A DNA stretch of 64,000 bases from assembly GCA_051252375.1 (NCBI GenBank), contig JBPOFY010000004.1, positions 128,001 to 192,000 on the forward strand, read 5' to 3'. Each line of letters starts with the position of its first letter. Within the stretch, counting starts at the first letter, position 1. This stretch comes from Opitutaceae bacterium (GTDB lineage: Bacteria; Verrucomicrobiota; Verrucomicrobiia; Opitutales; Coraliomargaritaceae). A program made the translations under genes and the position numbers. This document shows, one piece after another, positions 48,051-57,710 of the stretch. The notes beneath the pieces were generated by a model. That model ran no database searches, was not told the origin of the DNA, and saw only the letters and a program-made list of their open reading frames with translations.

Positions 48051-50891
48051 ATGAGAGCATACTTAAAGCATTCCGTCCGAAAGGTCGGGTTCACGCTTTT
48101 AGTTCTCACCAGTGCCCTCACCGGACAAGCATCCACACTGCAAGAGCAACTGGATCAAGCAGTTAAAGACTTTGGCGAGGGCCATTACGCTGCCACCTAC
48201 TGGCAATTGGAGAATATGGAGCTCGATTTCGGTCAAGAGCCGGAATTCCTGAATCGTGCCTTCCAGAGCTCCCTTCTGCCCGTCCGGGCCTTTGCGGCCT
48301 TAATGGCGGACCGCCCCACGGACGCCCTGATCTATTTCAGCGAGCTATTGAGCCAATACAACCCACGCCCCGGCGTGCGGGCCTTTGCCCTCTATAATGC
48401 CGCCATCGCCCAATCACAAACCGGATCGCTCGCGGCGGCGGCTCAGACATTCCACGTTTTTCAACAATCCTTCCCGAACTCCAACGAGGCATCGCTGGCC
48501 CTCCTCCAGGAAGCAGACCTGCTCGCCGAAATAGGCGACCACGCTGAAGCGGCGGATCTACTGCAAAACTTCTACCTTTCCAAAGCACCGCTCACTCTCA
48601 GAATGCAGGCCCGCCTGCGAGCACTCCAGCTGGCGGGCGACACCGGCAATTCTGAACAGGCGCAGAGCATTCTATTTGATACCGACTGGAACATCGACGC
48701 CATGCCCGATATCGCGGTGCTCAGCTTCGCCGCGCTGGATGCCGGTGACTTGCTACTCAATGAAGGACTCTATGCCGAAGCCATCCGCGCCTATCGGCTC
48801 ACCCTGCCCCGCGACATTTTAATCAAGAAACAACGCGAACTCCTCATCAAAACCGAGCAAGCACTGGTTCAACAATCTCCACTGGCTTCCAGCATATGGA
48901 AGAGCCACTCGCAGCAACTCGTTGCCCGCTTAAAACGTCAACTGGAACACCTTGAAGGAATGGAGGACTACACCCCGGGGCTCTACCTGCGATCGGGCCA
49001 AGCCTACCTCCTGCAAAAACGCTACCGCGAAGCCACCATTCTTTTCCGCTTGGTTGCGAAAGATCCGAAATTTGAAAAAGACATACGAGCCGAAGCCCAC
49101 TACCGCTGGATACTCGCACTATCCGAAGCTGAAAAGTGGAGCGAAGCCCGCGACACCGCCCACGCCTTTGTGCGTGAGCACCCCGCGCACACCCTCGCCA
49201 ATAGTGCGCTGTTCCTCATTGCTCGCGCCTACCAGAGCGAAGGCGAATACTCCAAAGCCATCGGCGTACTCGATCAATTAATCGATAACTTCCCCGACGA
49301 CAAACAAGCCCCGCGCTGGTATTTCACTCGTGGCTACAATTACAGCGCACTGGAGCGCTACGACGAAGCACGCGAAAGCTTTGAAACTTCGATCAAGCGT
49401 TTTCCGAAAAGCAGCCTACTCAAACAAACCGAACTCTGGAACGCACTCAGCTATTTCTACCAGCGCGACTACCCCACTAGTCTCGAAAAACTAAACACAC
49501 TCAAAAAGAAAACCGGTAAACATCCCCTCAACCCCGAAATACATTTTCGTATCGCCAACGTGCAATATGCCCAACGCGATTACAAAGCTGCCCTCAAAAC
49601 AGCCGATACTCTAATCAAGAAATTTCCCGACCACCATCGCGTGGCCGAAGCCCAAGCCCTACGCGGCGACATCTACATGGGACTCGGCGAGCTCCCCACC
49701 GCCGCGCACGCATTTAAACAAGTCCCACCCGACGACGCCTCGATCTACGACTACTCGGTCTTTCAAGCCGCCAAGATCTACAAAGCGCTCGAACGCTACG
49801 ACCTCCTACGCGAACACCTACAAGCCTACATCGACCTCGATGATGCCGCCGAACGCCCACGCGTCAGCGAAGCGCTCTATCTGATCGGTTGGTCACTCCA
49901 GCAGGAAGACCTCACCGACGAGGCATTCGAACTCTTTGAAAATGCACTCGCCCGCTTTGGCAACGACCCTCAAGCCCGAGCCGTCGGCTCCATCCTGTCC
50001 GCCTATAGCGATCTGTTTAAACGTAGCCGCCAAGCCAACCCCACAAACATCAACTTCGACACTTGGCTCCAAGAGACGAAAGAGAAAAGTCTCGCCGAAA
50101 AACAACTCACTTGGTTTGCCCGCCTCACACTTTTCAGCTCGCAAACTAAACGCCGTAAAGTCGACGAGACCAGCGCCGAAGCCACCCTCCTCTCCATCCA
50201 TCGCTTCGTCCCGATCGAACTGCAAGACCCCGAAACGCTCGCCAGCGTCGGCATCGCCCTCGCCAATCGCGATTACGAATCGGCCGACGATTACTTCGAG
50301 CAAATCCTAACCGAGTATCCCAAACGCTACGAACGTGCCGCCGCCTATTACGGCAAAGCCCTGCTAGCCTCTAAAAACGATCGCCTGATCGAAGCTCGCA
50401 AATGGCTCATTCGTTTCCTCGAAGAAACCCCTACGCATCCACTCGCGCCGAACGCGCGCCTACTCGCCGCGGACATGCTCACCACCCAAGGTCTCTACGA
50501 ACAAGCCGCCGACGCGCTCAACGAAATTTTACAGATCAAAGAAATGCGCGGACGCCCGCATGCCCAAGCCCTTGCCGGACTTGCACGTATTGAAACCGAA
50601 AAGGAGAACCCCAAGCGAGCTCTCCCCTACTGGCAACGTATCTACACACTTTACCGAGCATACCCAGACCTCATCGCCACCGCTTACTGGGAAAGCGCCC
50701 AGCTCTTCGCCCAGATCGAAGACGCCATCGCCGCCCGCAACACCATCGAAGAAATGCTCCGCGACGAACGCCTCCGCACCAACCCGCTCTACCAAAAAGC
50801 CGAAGCCATCCTCCCCGAATATCAGAAAGCCGCCGAAGCTCAAAGTGCATTAGCCACAGTCACCACCGAAACAGAGGAGGTGGCGCCATGA
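48051..50891 (+). CDS. Large periplasmic TPR protein
   Basis: Start moved to ATG 48051 (signal peptide); continuous TPR-like repeats ending FP/YP (e.g. AIGVLDQLIDNFPDD). Confidence 0.88.
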   Translation: MRAYLKHSVRKVGFTLLVLTSALTGQASTLQEQLDQAVKDFGEGHYAATYWQLENMELDFGQEPEFLNRAFQSSLLPVRAFAALMADRPTDALIYFSELLSQYNPRPGVRAFALYNAAIAQSQTGSLAAAAQTFHVFQQSFPNSNEASLALLQEADLLAEIGDHAEAADLLQNFYLSKAPLTLRMQARLRALQLAGDTGNSEQAQSILFDTDWNIDAMPDIAVLSFAALDAGDLLLNEGLYAEAIRAYRLTLPRDILIKKQRELLIKTEQALVQQSPLASSIWKSHSQQLVARLKRQLEHLEGMEDYTPGLYLRSGQAYLLQKRYREATILFRLVAKDPKFEKDIRAEAHYRWILALSEAEKWSEARDTAHAFVREHPAHTLANSALFLIARAYQSEGEYSKAIGVLDQLIDNFPDDKQAPRWYFTRGYNYSALERYDEARESFETSIKRFPKSSLLKQTELWNALSYFYQRDYPTSLEKLNTLKKKTGKHPLNPEIHFRIANVQYAQRDYKAALKTADTLIKKFPDHHRVAEAQALRGDIYMGLGELPTAAHAFKQVPPDDASIYDYSVFQAAKIYKALERYDLLREHLQAYIDLDDAAERPRVSEALYLIGWSLQQEDLTDEAFELFENALARFGNDPQARAVGSILSAYSDLFKRSRQANPTNINFDTWLQETKEKSLAEKQLTWFARLTLFSSQTKRRKVDETSAEATLLSIHRFVPIELQDPETLASVGIALANRDYESADDYFEQILTEYPKRYERAAAYYGKALLASKNDRLIEARKWLIRFLEETPTHPLAPNARLLAADMLTTQGLYEQAADALNEILQIKEMRGRPHAQALAGLARIETEKENPKRALPYWQRIYTLYRAYPDLIATAYWESAQLFAQIEDAIAARNTIEEMLRDERLRTNPLYQKAEAILPEYQKAAEAQSALATVTTETEEVAP

Positions 50892-51904
50892 TCAAGTTGA
50901 CTTCATTCTGGAGGGCAATGCTCCGTCATTGCCGCAACCGAGCCTACCGCACGGCAATGACGGAGCATTGCCCTCCAATCAAACGGTGGTTTCGACGAAA
51001 CCACCCTACCTCATTTTCACTCTGCGTAGCACTCTCATTTTCACTTCCACTTTCACTCTGCACAGCTAGCGCAGGTCTCAGCCCGACAGAGCACGAAACG
51101 ATCTATCGCGAGTTACAAGAACCGATCTTGGTGCAGCTCACCAACAAGCGCACCATCCCGGGGCACTCGATCGAGGTATCCGAAAAACAAATACAAATTG
51201 CCACCTCCGAAGGCGCGGGAGAAATCATCTACACTTTCAATCTGGATGAGATCAAAGGCTTCAGTATTCCAGGAGAAAGCTACAAGACCGTGATCGTAGA
51301 ATGGATCGAAACCGGCGAAACCGAAAAGGCCATCGCCCTGCTCGATCTGCTCTACCAGCAACGAGTCCACCTCATCCCACTCCTCCCTGCCAGCGAATCG
51401 CATTTCTTCATCTACTACGTCGAACTGATACTAGCCTCCAACAACCCAGCCCGCGCAATTGCGATAACAGAAATCCTGCGACCACAAATCGACAACCCCG
51501 CCGCGCTCCGCGCACTCGACGACGCCATTCTCACCAGTTACAACAACCTTGAACTCTACAATAAAGCACGCCCGCTCGCTGAAAAGTGGCTGGCAGAACG
51601 CGACCCTTACGGCGACTCCGCGCTCGGCTATTATGTGCTCGGCACCGACAAGCTTCGCGCCGAAGCCTACGACGAAGCCTTAGAGCTCGCGCTACAGCCA
51701 ATCATCTTTGCTTCCCCCATCGCAACCGACAAACTCGGTCACTGTTACGCCGTTGCAATCAGCGCCGCTCTGGGATTGCGTGAACAAGATTATGCCGTCA
51801 CTCTCTATCGAGAAATGCTGCAACGCGAACTCACTTGGCCCATAGAAGACCGCACCCTCGAACCTTTTCATACAACCATCCTTAAAGAAATCGAAGACGC
51901 ATGA
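50888..51904 (+). CDS. Hypothetical exported protein (N-terminal beta domain plus helical repeats) with an in-frame REP hairpin near the start
   Basis: ATGA overlaps with both neighbours; GAGGAGG upstream of the ATG; hydrophobic signal-like stretch after the insertion. Confidence 0.8.
   Translation: MIKLTSFWRAMLRHCRNRAYRTAMTEHCPPIKRWFRRNHPTSFSLCVALSFSLPLSLCTASAGLSPTEHETIYRELQEPILVQLTNKRTIPGHSIEVSEKQIQIATSEGAGEIIYTFNLDEIKGFSIPGESYKTVIVEWIETGETEKAIALLDLLYQQRVHLIPLLPASESHFFIYYVELILASNNPARAIAITEILRPQIDNPAALRALDDAILTSYNNLELYNKARPLAEKWLAERDPYGDSALGYYVLGTDKLRAEAYDEALELALQPIIFASPIATDKLGHCYAVAISAALGLREQDYAVTLYREMLQRELTWPIEDRTLEPFHTTILKEIEDA
50909..50977. repeat. 69-bp REPIN-like element: perfect 26-bp inverted repeat
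   Basis: TGGAGGGCAATGCTCCGTCATTGCCG-N17-CGGCAATGACGGAGCATTGCCCTCCA; related copy at 60336-60420. Confidence 0.9.
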
Positions 51905-52611
51905 AGATATTTTCAACGATCACATGGTGGCTCCTACTCACCGCACCGACATTGCTAATCGCTCAAGAAAAAACTGCCGAAGCCACAAGCGAAAGCACCC
52001 TCAGTCTCTGGGGACTCATTCAACAAGGCGGCTGGGCAATGTATCCACTCGGTGCATGCTCGCTCATCATGTTCTTCCTCATTTTCTACGCCGGCAAAGA
52101 AACCAGCCGAAAGAAATTCTTTAACGCCAGCCAAACTGTGACCGCCACCGACGCCATCACGAACGGCGATTTCGACAAAGCCCACAGCGAGCTCTCTAAT
52201 AGCAACACACTACTCGGCCGCGCCCTCGCGCCCGCCATACTTAAGCTCAAGACCAGTCACGACAAAGCCGAAACACTCTTTGTCGAAAACATGGAGGCCG
52301 AAGAAAACAGCGTCAGCCAATGGGTCACCTATCTGAACGTCGTCGCATCCGTGGCGCCGATGATCGGTCTACTCGGCACAGTCAGTGGCATGATCAGTGC
52401 CTTCCAAACCATTGGTCGCGGCGGCATGGGACGCCCCGAACTACTCGCCGGTGATATCGGCGAAGCATTGATCACCACCGCGACAGGTCTGACCATCGGC
52501 ATCCCCGCGATGATCGCATATTTCATTCTCCGCAATCGCCTCAACAGCGCCATGATCGCCACCGCACAAGCAGGCACCGAGATCATTGAAGCCGGCAGTG
52601 ATGACAACTGA
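51901..52611 (+). CDS. MotA/TolQ/ExbB proton-channel protein
   Basis: QQGGWAMYPL, APMIGLLGTVSGMISAF and IGEALITTATGL motifs. Confidence 0.92.
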   Translation: MKIFSTITWWLLLTAPTLLIAQEKTAEATSESTLSLWGLIQQGGWAMYPLGACSLIMFFLIFYAGKETSRKKFFNASQTVTATDAITNGDFDKAHSELSNSNTLLGRALAPAILKLKTSHDKAETLFVENMEAEENSVSQWVTYLNVVASVAPMIGLLGTVSGMISAFQTIGRGGMGRPELLAGDIGEALITTATGLTIGIPAMIAYFILRNRLNSAMIATAQAGTEIIEAGSDDN

Positions 52612-52657
52612 TTCGACTACAAAAGACACTAATTGCGCGAAACGACTCTGACGCAAA

Positions 52658-52801
52658 AGGTCTCACACCGAGGCACAGAGTCACGGAGAGGCTCTGATGT
52701 ATGAGACGACTTTCGGGGAACACGTCACAGAGTGACGTGGCTACATCTATAAGAATAAGCGTCCATCAGCGAAAATAAGCGGTCTCCATCTCTGCTGAAT
52801 T
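52658..52801. repeat. Composite REP-like cluster (modules D, A, B)
   Basis: AGGTCTCACAC.GAGGCAC is shared with 58430-58448; the remainder is shared with 324-377 and 437-484. Confidence 0.8.
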
Positions 52802-52825
52802 TCACCACCCGTTCATTTCGAGCAC

Positions 52826-52856
52826 AAAAAAACGCCTCCGTTTCGGGAGGCGTTTT
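52826..52856 (-). terminator. Rho-independent terminator after the phospho-sugar mutase gene (possibly bidirectional)
   Basis: AAAAAAACGCCTCC-gtttcg-GGAGGCGTTTT. Confidence 0.85.
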
Positions 52857-52877
52857 GTTTCAAGTATTTGCTCTCAA

Positions 52878-54842
52878 TTACGCTTCGGCGCGTTCGCGAG
52901 CGTCGGCGTCGATGGCTTTGAGCATGCTTTGCATGACTTCAGCAGCCTTAGCCTTCACCGCATCGATCTCTTCTGGATCGGTCAGGTCGGAGCGACCGAA
53001 GACATAGAACTTAATCTTCGGTTCGGTGCCAGAACCGCGAACCGCGAAACTGTAACCGTTGCTCAGTTCAAGGAAGTAGAAATCTTGCGGTGGGATCTTC
53101 GCGCCGTCGGCATCGATAATTTCATCCTTACCAAAATCAGTGAAACCGGAAACTTCGACATCGCCAAATGCTTTCGGTGGATTCGAACGGTAAGACTCTA
53201 AGATATTTGCGATCTTCTGACTACCGGCAGCGCCTTCGTAGTAGATGTTGATCGTCTTCTCTTCATAGTATCCATGTTGTAGATACAAACTATCGAGGTA
53301 TTCAGGGAAGGTCATGTCTTGCGCCTTCAAGAAGGCCGCCACTTCGCAGAACATAATGACTGCGGCATTGGCATCCTTATCGCGCAACTTATCCGTAGCG
53401 AGGTAACCATAGCTTTCTTCACCACCGAACACAAAGTATGTGGAGTAATCGAGCATGAGGTCTGCCTTGGTCCAGATGTCGCAAGCATCATAATCGAGTG
53501 CTAGCCCCTCCTTTTCGAAGAGATTAGCTTTCATCTTGGCTTCGTAGCCAGCGAGCTTTTCGCCGATCCATTTGAAACCAGTCAAAGTATTGATCGTCTT
53601 GAGACCGTGCCATGATGCGACCGCTTCTTGCATAGGGCTGGTGACGAAAGTCTTGATCAGCACTGCGTTTTCGCCGCCGTCTTCAGGAATGATTTCAGCG
53701 TCCTTCAAAGTGGAGATGCGATACTCGGCTAGAATCGTTCCGATCTGGTTACCAGTGAGCAGCACCATTTCGCCAGCGCGGTTACGCACGGCAACCCCCA
53801 TGCGGTCAGCATCGGGGTCTGTGGCAACAACGACATCAGCACCGACTTCATTCGCCTTAGCGATACCCATCGCAAGTGCTTCAGCATTTTCAGGATTGGG
53901 TGACTTCACGGTCGGGAAACGTGGATCGATGATCGACTGCTCGGGCACTTCGACCACTTCAACACCTAGATCTCTTAGCGCTGGAACAGAGCTAATCGCG
54001 CCGGTTCCGTGAATCGGAGTGAAGACAATCTTCGGTGCTTGAGCGGACATTACTTCGTCATCCACCACCATCTCGCGAAGGAGTTCTAGATATTGCTGAT
54101 CATCTTTCTCACCGAGTGATATGACTGGAGCTAGATCAATATCAAGGAAAGCGGGAAGCTCTTCAAGTTTCACTTGGTTGACCAAATCAACGATGCTTTC
54201 TGCGTGCGGCGAAACGACTTGGGCGCCGTCTTCGAAATAAACTTTAAAACCATTGTCATGCGGCGGGTTGTGGCTGGCAGTGATCACCGCGCCACATGTC
54301 GCCTTGTTTTGACGCACTGCGAAACTGAGCTGTGGGGTCGAGCGTGGGCCTTCAAAGATCATAGCCTGACCGCCGAGCTTGCACCAAGTGGATGCGGCAA
54401 GCTCACAGAAGTGACGCGAAAAGTGACGCACGTCGTGTGCGATGACGAAGCGTGGCAAATCGTGGCGACCATTGTCGTCTAGATATTTCTTCACATAACG
54501 GAAGAGACCGATCGTTGCGCGAACGAGGTTGAAGTCGTTCAATACATTTGAGCCAACCGCGGCGTTTGCCGGCGAGCCTTGCTCGGAAAGTGTGCCCGTT
54601 TCAGCGGCAGTGCTGACACGACCAATCGTGCGACCGCGAATGCCACCAGTGCCGAAAGCAAGGCTTTGATAGAAACGGTCGTTCAACTCGTCCCACTCTT
54701 CTTTTTCGACGAGCTCGGCAATACTCTCACCGGTCCATGCAGGAAGAAAATCGGCACTCGCCCAGGTTTTCAAGTTAGCGACGGTGCTCTCAAGGAGGGA
54801 GCCATTGGCTCCTGCGGCTTCAATTTTTTCGATTACGCTCAT
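52878..54842 (-). CDS. pgm: Phospho-sugar mutase (phosphoglucomutase/phosphomannomutase)
   Basis: FGTGGIRG, TASHNP phosphoserine loop, DPDADR metal loop, GEESYG and RGSGTEPKIKFY. Confidence 0.93.
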   Translation of the reverse strand: MSVIEKIEAAGANGSLLESTVANLKTWASADFLPAWTGESIAELVEKEEWDELNDRFYQSLAFGTGGIRGRTIGRVSTAAETGTLSEQGSPANAAVGSNVLNDFNLVRATIGLFRYVKKYLDDNGRHDLPRFVIAHDVRHFSRHFCELAASTWCKLGGQAMIFEGPRSTPQLSFAVRQNKATCGAVITASHNPPHDNGFKVYFEDGAQVVSPHAESIVDLVNQVKLEELPAFLDIDLAPVISLGEKDDQQYLELLREMVVDDEVMSAQAPKIVFTPIHGTGAISSVPALRDLGVEVVEVPEQSIIDPRFPTVKSPNPENAEALAMGIAKANEVGADVVVATDPDADRMGVAVRNRAGEMVLLTGNQIGTILAEYRISTLKDAEIIPEDGGENAVLIKTFVTSPMQEAVASWHGLKTINTLTGFKWIGEKLAGYEAKMKANLFEKEGLALDYDACDIWTKADLMLDYSTYFVFGGEESYGYLATDKLRDKDANAAVIMFCEVAAFLKAQDMTFPEYLDSLYLQHGYYEEKTINIYYEGAAGSQKIANILESYRSNPPKAFGDVEVSGFTDFGKDEIIDADGAKIPPQDFYFLELSNGYSFAVRGSGTEPKIKFYVFGRSDLTDPEEIDAVKAKAAEVMQSMLKAIDADARERAEA

Positions 54843-54890
54843 GTATATGAATTTGGAATGATGGTTTTAGAAATTAGAATTAGAATTTAG

Positions 54891-56324
54891 TTATGCAATG
54901 ATCGTGCCGTCTTTGACTGCCGGCTTTGCTTCAAGCGCAGACCATTGTGCGATGAAGTCCGCTTCGTCAGCTGCGAAGCGTGGGCTGATCTCGAAATTAA
55001 TCGACGGTAGCCCGGTATCATCGGTCGCAATACTTTCACCGGCGGCATTCAGCCAACGTGCAAACATGCGCAACTGATCTTCCTTACATGTCTTGGGCGA
55101 ATCGACACCTTCGGCATTTTTGACAGGACTGAAATCATCCGCACGGGCGGCTTCGATAATAACCGGATTGTTCGCAAGCGGCAACGCGTCGAAAACGAAC
55201 ATCTCAAATTTCACGCCATTGGGTGCTTCGGGCTTATTGGTATTACCATCCGCATCAACGCATGGAATCTTCTTATCCGCACGGTGGAACGGTAACTTCA
55301 CGCCCTCGCCAGAGCCACCAGCACGTTCGATGAAATCGCGGTCGAACACGTGAATGGCGACACTGCCACCATTGAAACGGATCGAGCCATCTGCCTTGGT
55401 TTCTTCCTGCATCGCGTCCGGCATGTCGCTGTATTCGACAACCAGCGCTTTACCGGCTTGCACGCAGAAGTGCCCAACCTTCTCGAGAGCGTATGCCTTC
55501 GGCACCATTTTGCTCGATAGTTCGGACTGCCCGAGCACGTGAAACCCAATAAACGCAGGGTCAATGCACTGGATAATCGGATTATCAACTTGGAAATAAC
55601 TGATGATGTCGACACCCAGCGCCTTCATCGTGTCGACCGCACCGCTACGGACCAGCGCGCGGAGCGAACCACCGTGACCATCTGGTGTCATCGCGATCTT
55701 ACCTTTTTCTGCAAGAAGGATCTTACCGGCGTAGTCCACCGCCGGGACGAGGCCCTGAACGATGAAATGAACGGAATCTTTCTTAAGACCAAAGTAATCA
55801 GCAGCTTCAAAAGCGGCGACGGTGGCATCGTTGTTGATTTCACTGGTCAAAATGAACCAAGGAATGGTCACACCAAAGCGTTCGCCGGAACGGGCGATTT
55901 TTTCGGCAAAGACCTGAAAGAGTGTTTTTGAGCTGACCGGAGACACTGGGTAAGTGCCCTTGGGGCCATCGTAACCGAGACGCGTGCCTTGACCGCCTGC
56001 GACGGTGAAAGCAGCCACTCGCCCAGCTTGGATCGCAGTAGAACCCGCCTCCAAAGCAGCGGTCCATTGCGCCGCATCACCACCATCCGATGGGAGCGCG
56101 GTGTAAGGCGCTGGCTCTAGCCCATCTAGGTTCAGCGCAGTCTCATGACTCCCGAGCACATGCTCTTCGACCAGTGAAGCCACCTCAGCGAGGTCGATGG
56201 TTGCAGCCTGAGCGAGCAGCTTTGCCTGAGCAGCGGCGTCTAATTGCTCGAAAAAGGCAAATACCTGACCTTGGCCAGCGGCTTTAAACGATTCGATAAG
56301 AGGTGTGGAGTCGGAACTTGTCAT
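54891..56324 (-). CDS. UDPGP type 1 family nucleotidyltransferase (UAP1-like UDP-GlcNAc/UDP-Glc pyrophosphorylase)
   Basis: AGGQGTRLGYDGPKG, PDGHGG, QVDNP, VEYS, KFEMFVFD and FSPVKN. Start moved to ATG 56324. Confidence 0.92.
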   Translation of the reverse strand: MTSSDSTPLIESFKAAGQGQVFAFFEQLDAAAQAKLLAQAATIDLAEVASLVEEHVLGSHETALNLDGLEPAPYTALPSDGGDAAQWTAALEAGSTAIQAGRVAAFTVAGGQGTRLGYDGPKGTYPVSPVSSKTLFQVFAEKIARSGERFGVTIPWFILTSEINNDATVAAFEAADYFGLKKDSVHFIVQGLVPAVDYAGKILLAEKGKIAMTPDGHGGSLRALVRSGAVDTMKALGVDIISYFQVDNPIIQCIDPAFIGFHVLGQSELSSKMVPKAYALEKVGHFCVQAGKALVVEYSDMPDAMQEETKADGSIRFNGGSVAIHVFDRDFIERAGGSGEGVKLPFHRADKKIPCVDADGNTNKPEAPNGVKFEMFVFDALPLANNPVIIEAARADDFSPVKNAEGVDSPKTCKEDQLRMFARWLNAAGESIATDDTGLPSINFEISPRFAADEADFIAQWSALEAKPAVKDGTIIA

Positions 56325-56429
56325 AATAAGGGCACAATTCCATAGACCGCTAACGATAAAATGCAAACTTCGATCCAATCGGGGCGTAAAATCATGGTTA
56401 AAAGTGCACGTATGCCCCTGTCGCCCCCA

Positions 56430-56735
56430 TCAATCGTCCTCCGAAAAGCGGAAGAGCAACTCATCCGGCCGCGAGTATCCTAGCCGTTCGCGCACCACTC
56501 GCTCCAAGAATTCAGGGTCCTCCAGCAGACGAGCCATATAGGCTTCCTTCTGCTCAAACTCTTTTCGAGCTTGTGTGAGCTTCGCCTCAATCATAATTTC
56601 ACGGGCTCTAAAGTTCTTATACTCGCGATATGTCTGCAGAATGAGGCTACTAAAAAAGATAACCAGCACGATTAACATGCCCAATAACATGAGCAAGATA
56701 ACACGTTCTTTGCGCTGTGCAGATTCCTTTGACAT
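56430..56735 (-). CDS. Septum formation initiator family protein (FtsB/DivIC-like)
   Basis: One TM helix, a coiled coil and DPEFLERVVRERLGYSRPDELLF. Confidence 0.85.
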   Translation of the reverse strand: MSKESAQRKERVILLMLLGMLIVLVIFFSSLILQTYREYKNFRAREIMIEAKLTQARKEFEQKEAYMARLLEDPEFLERVVRERLGYSRPDELLFRFSEDD

Positions 56736-56811
56736 CAAGCCCAACAAAGAAGGTCATTTTAACCCGATTGGAAAGGGTAATTTCCTCTTCCTGTAGAAGA
56801 TCTCCAAATCT

Positions 56812-57630
56812 ATGTATCAAGATTACTTCGGTTTTTCGGAAATGCCCTTCCATGTGACGCCTAATCCGCGTTTCCTTTTCCTCAGTCCTACCCACGAGGA
56901 GGCCCTGCAACACCTGCGCTACGGGATCGAAGACAAAAAGGGCTTCATCGTCCTGACTGGCGAGGTCGGCTGTGGCAAAACCACTCTCTGCCGCAAGCTG
57001 CTCGAAGAGCTCGAAGCCAACGAGATGTGCGACACTGCCCTACTGCTCAACCCCCGCATCTCAGAGACGCAGCTACTGAAGGGTATCATGAAAGAGCTGG
57101 GCGAGGAAAGCAAAGCGCGCTCCAAGAACGACCTGCTCGACAAGATGAATGACATCCTGCTCGATCGTATCGAGAAAGGCCGCGAGATCGTGGTCATCAT
57201 CGACGAGGCGCAAAACCTCTCCTTCGAAGTCATGGAAATGCTCCGCATGCTCTCTAATCTAGAGACCTACGACCAGAAGCTCCTCCAAATCATTCTCATG
57301 GGGCAGCCCGAGCTCACTGCCAAGCTCCGCGAAGATCGCCTCCGCCAGTTTCGTCAGCGCGTGCTCGTCCACTACGACCTCAAGCAGCTCAATGCCACCG
57401 AGGTCCACCTCTATATACTGCACCGTCTCTCTCTCGCAGGCAGCAACGGACGCCCGCAGTTTACCCGCCGCGCACTCAAGCTCGTGGCCAAAGGCAGCCT
57501 CGGCATACCTCGCATGATTAATAACATCTGCGACAAAGCCCTCCTCTCCGCTTTCATACGCAACGGCGACGAAGTCAATTGGTGGGATGTCCGCAAAGCA
57601 CTCAAAGACATCAATCGATTGCACAAATAA
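56812..57630 (+). CDS. ExeA/GspA-like AAA ATPase
   Basis: MYQDYFGFSEMPF..PNPRFLF, Walker A GEVGCGKT, Walker B IIDEAQ, GQPEL and GIPRMINNICD. Confidence 0.92.
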   Translation: MYQDYFGFSEMPFHVTPNPRFLFLSPTHEEALQHLRYGIEDKKGFIVLTGEVGCGKTTLCRKLLEELEANEMCDTALLLNPRISETQLLKGIMKELGEESKARSKNDLLDKMNDILLDRIEKGREIVVIIDEAQNLSFEVMEMLRMLSNLETYDQKLLQIILMGQPELTAKLREDRLRQFRQRVLVHYDLKQLNATEVHLYILHRLSLAGSNGRPQFTRRALKLVAKGSLGIPRMINNICDKALLSAFIRNGDEVNWWDVRKALKDINRLHK

Positions 57631-57710
57631 ATGACTAATCACTCATAGCTAATTTATTAGCCATTATCACGTCCCAGCATTTCAGCTTTCAGTATTTCAG
57701 CTTTTTAATA

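Noticed and set aside
47578..48054. ORFs overlapping tRNA-Pro
   Set aside because: Spurious translations of the tRNA and its repeat element.
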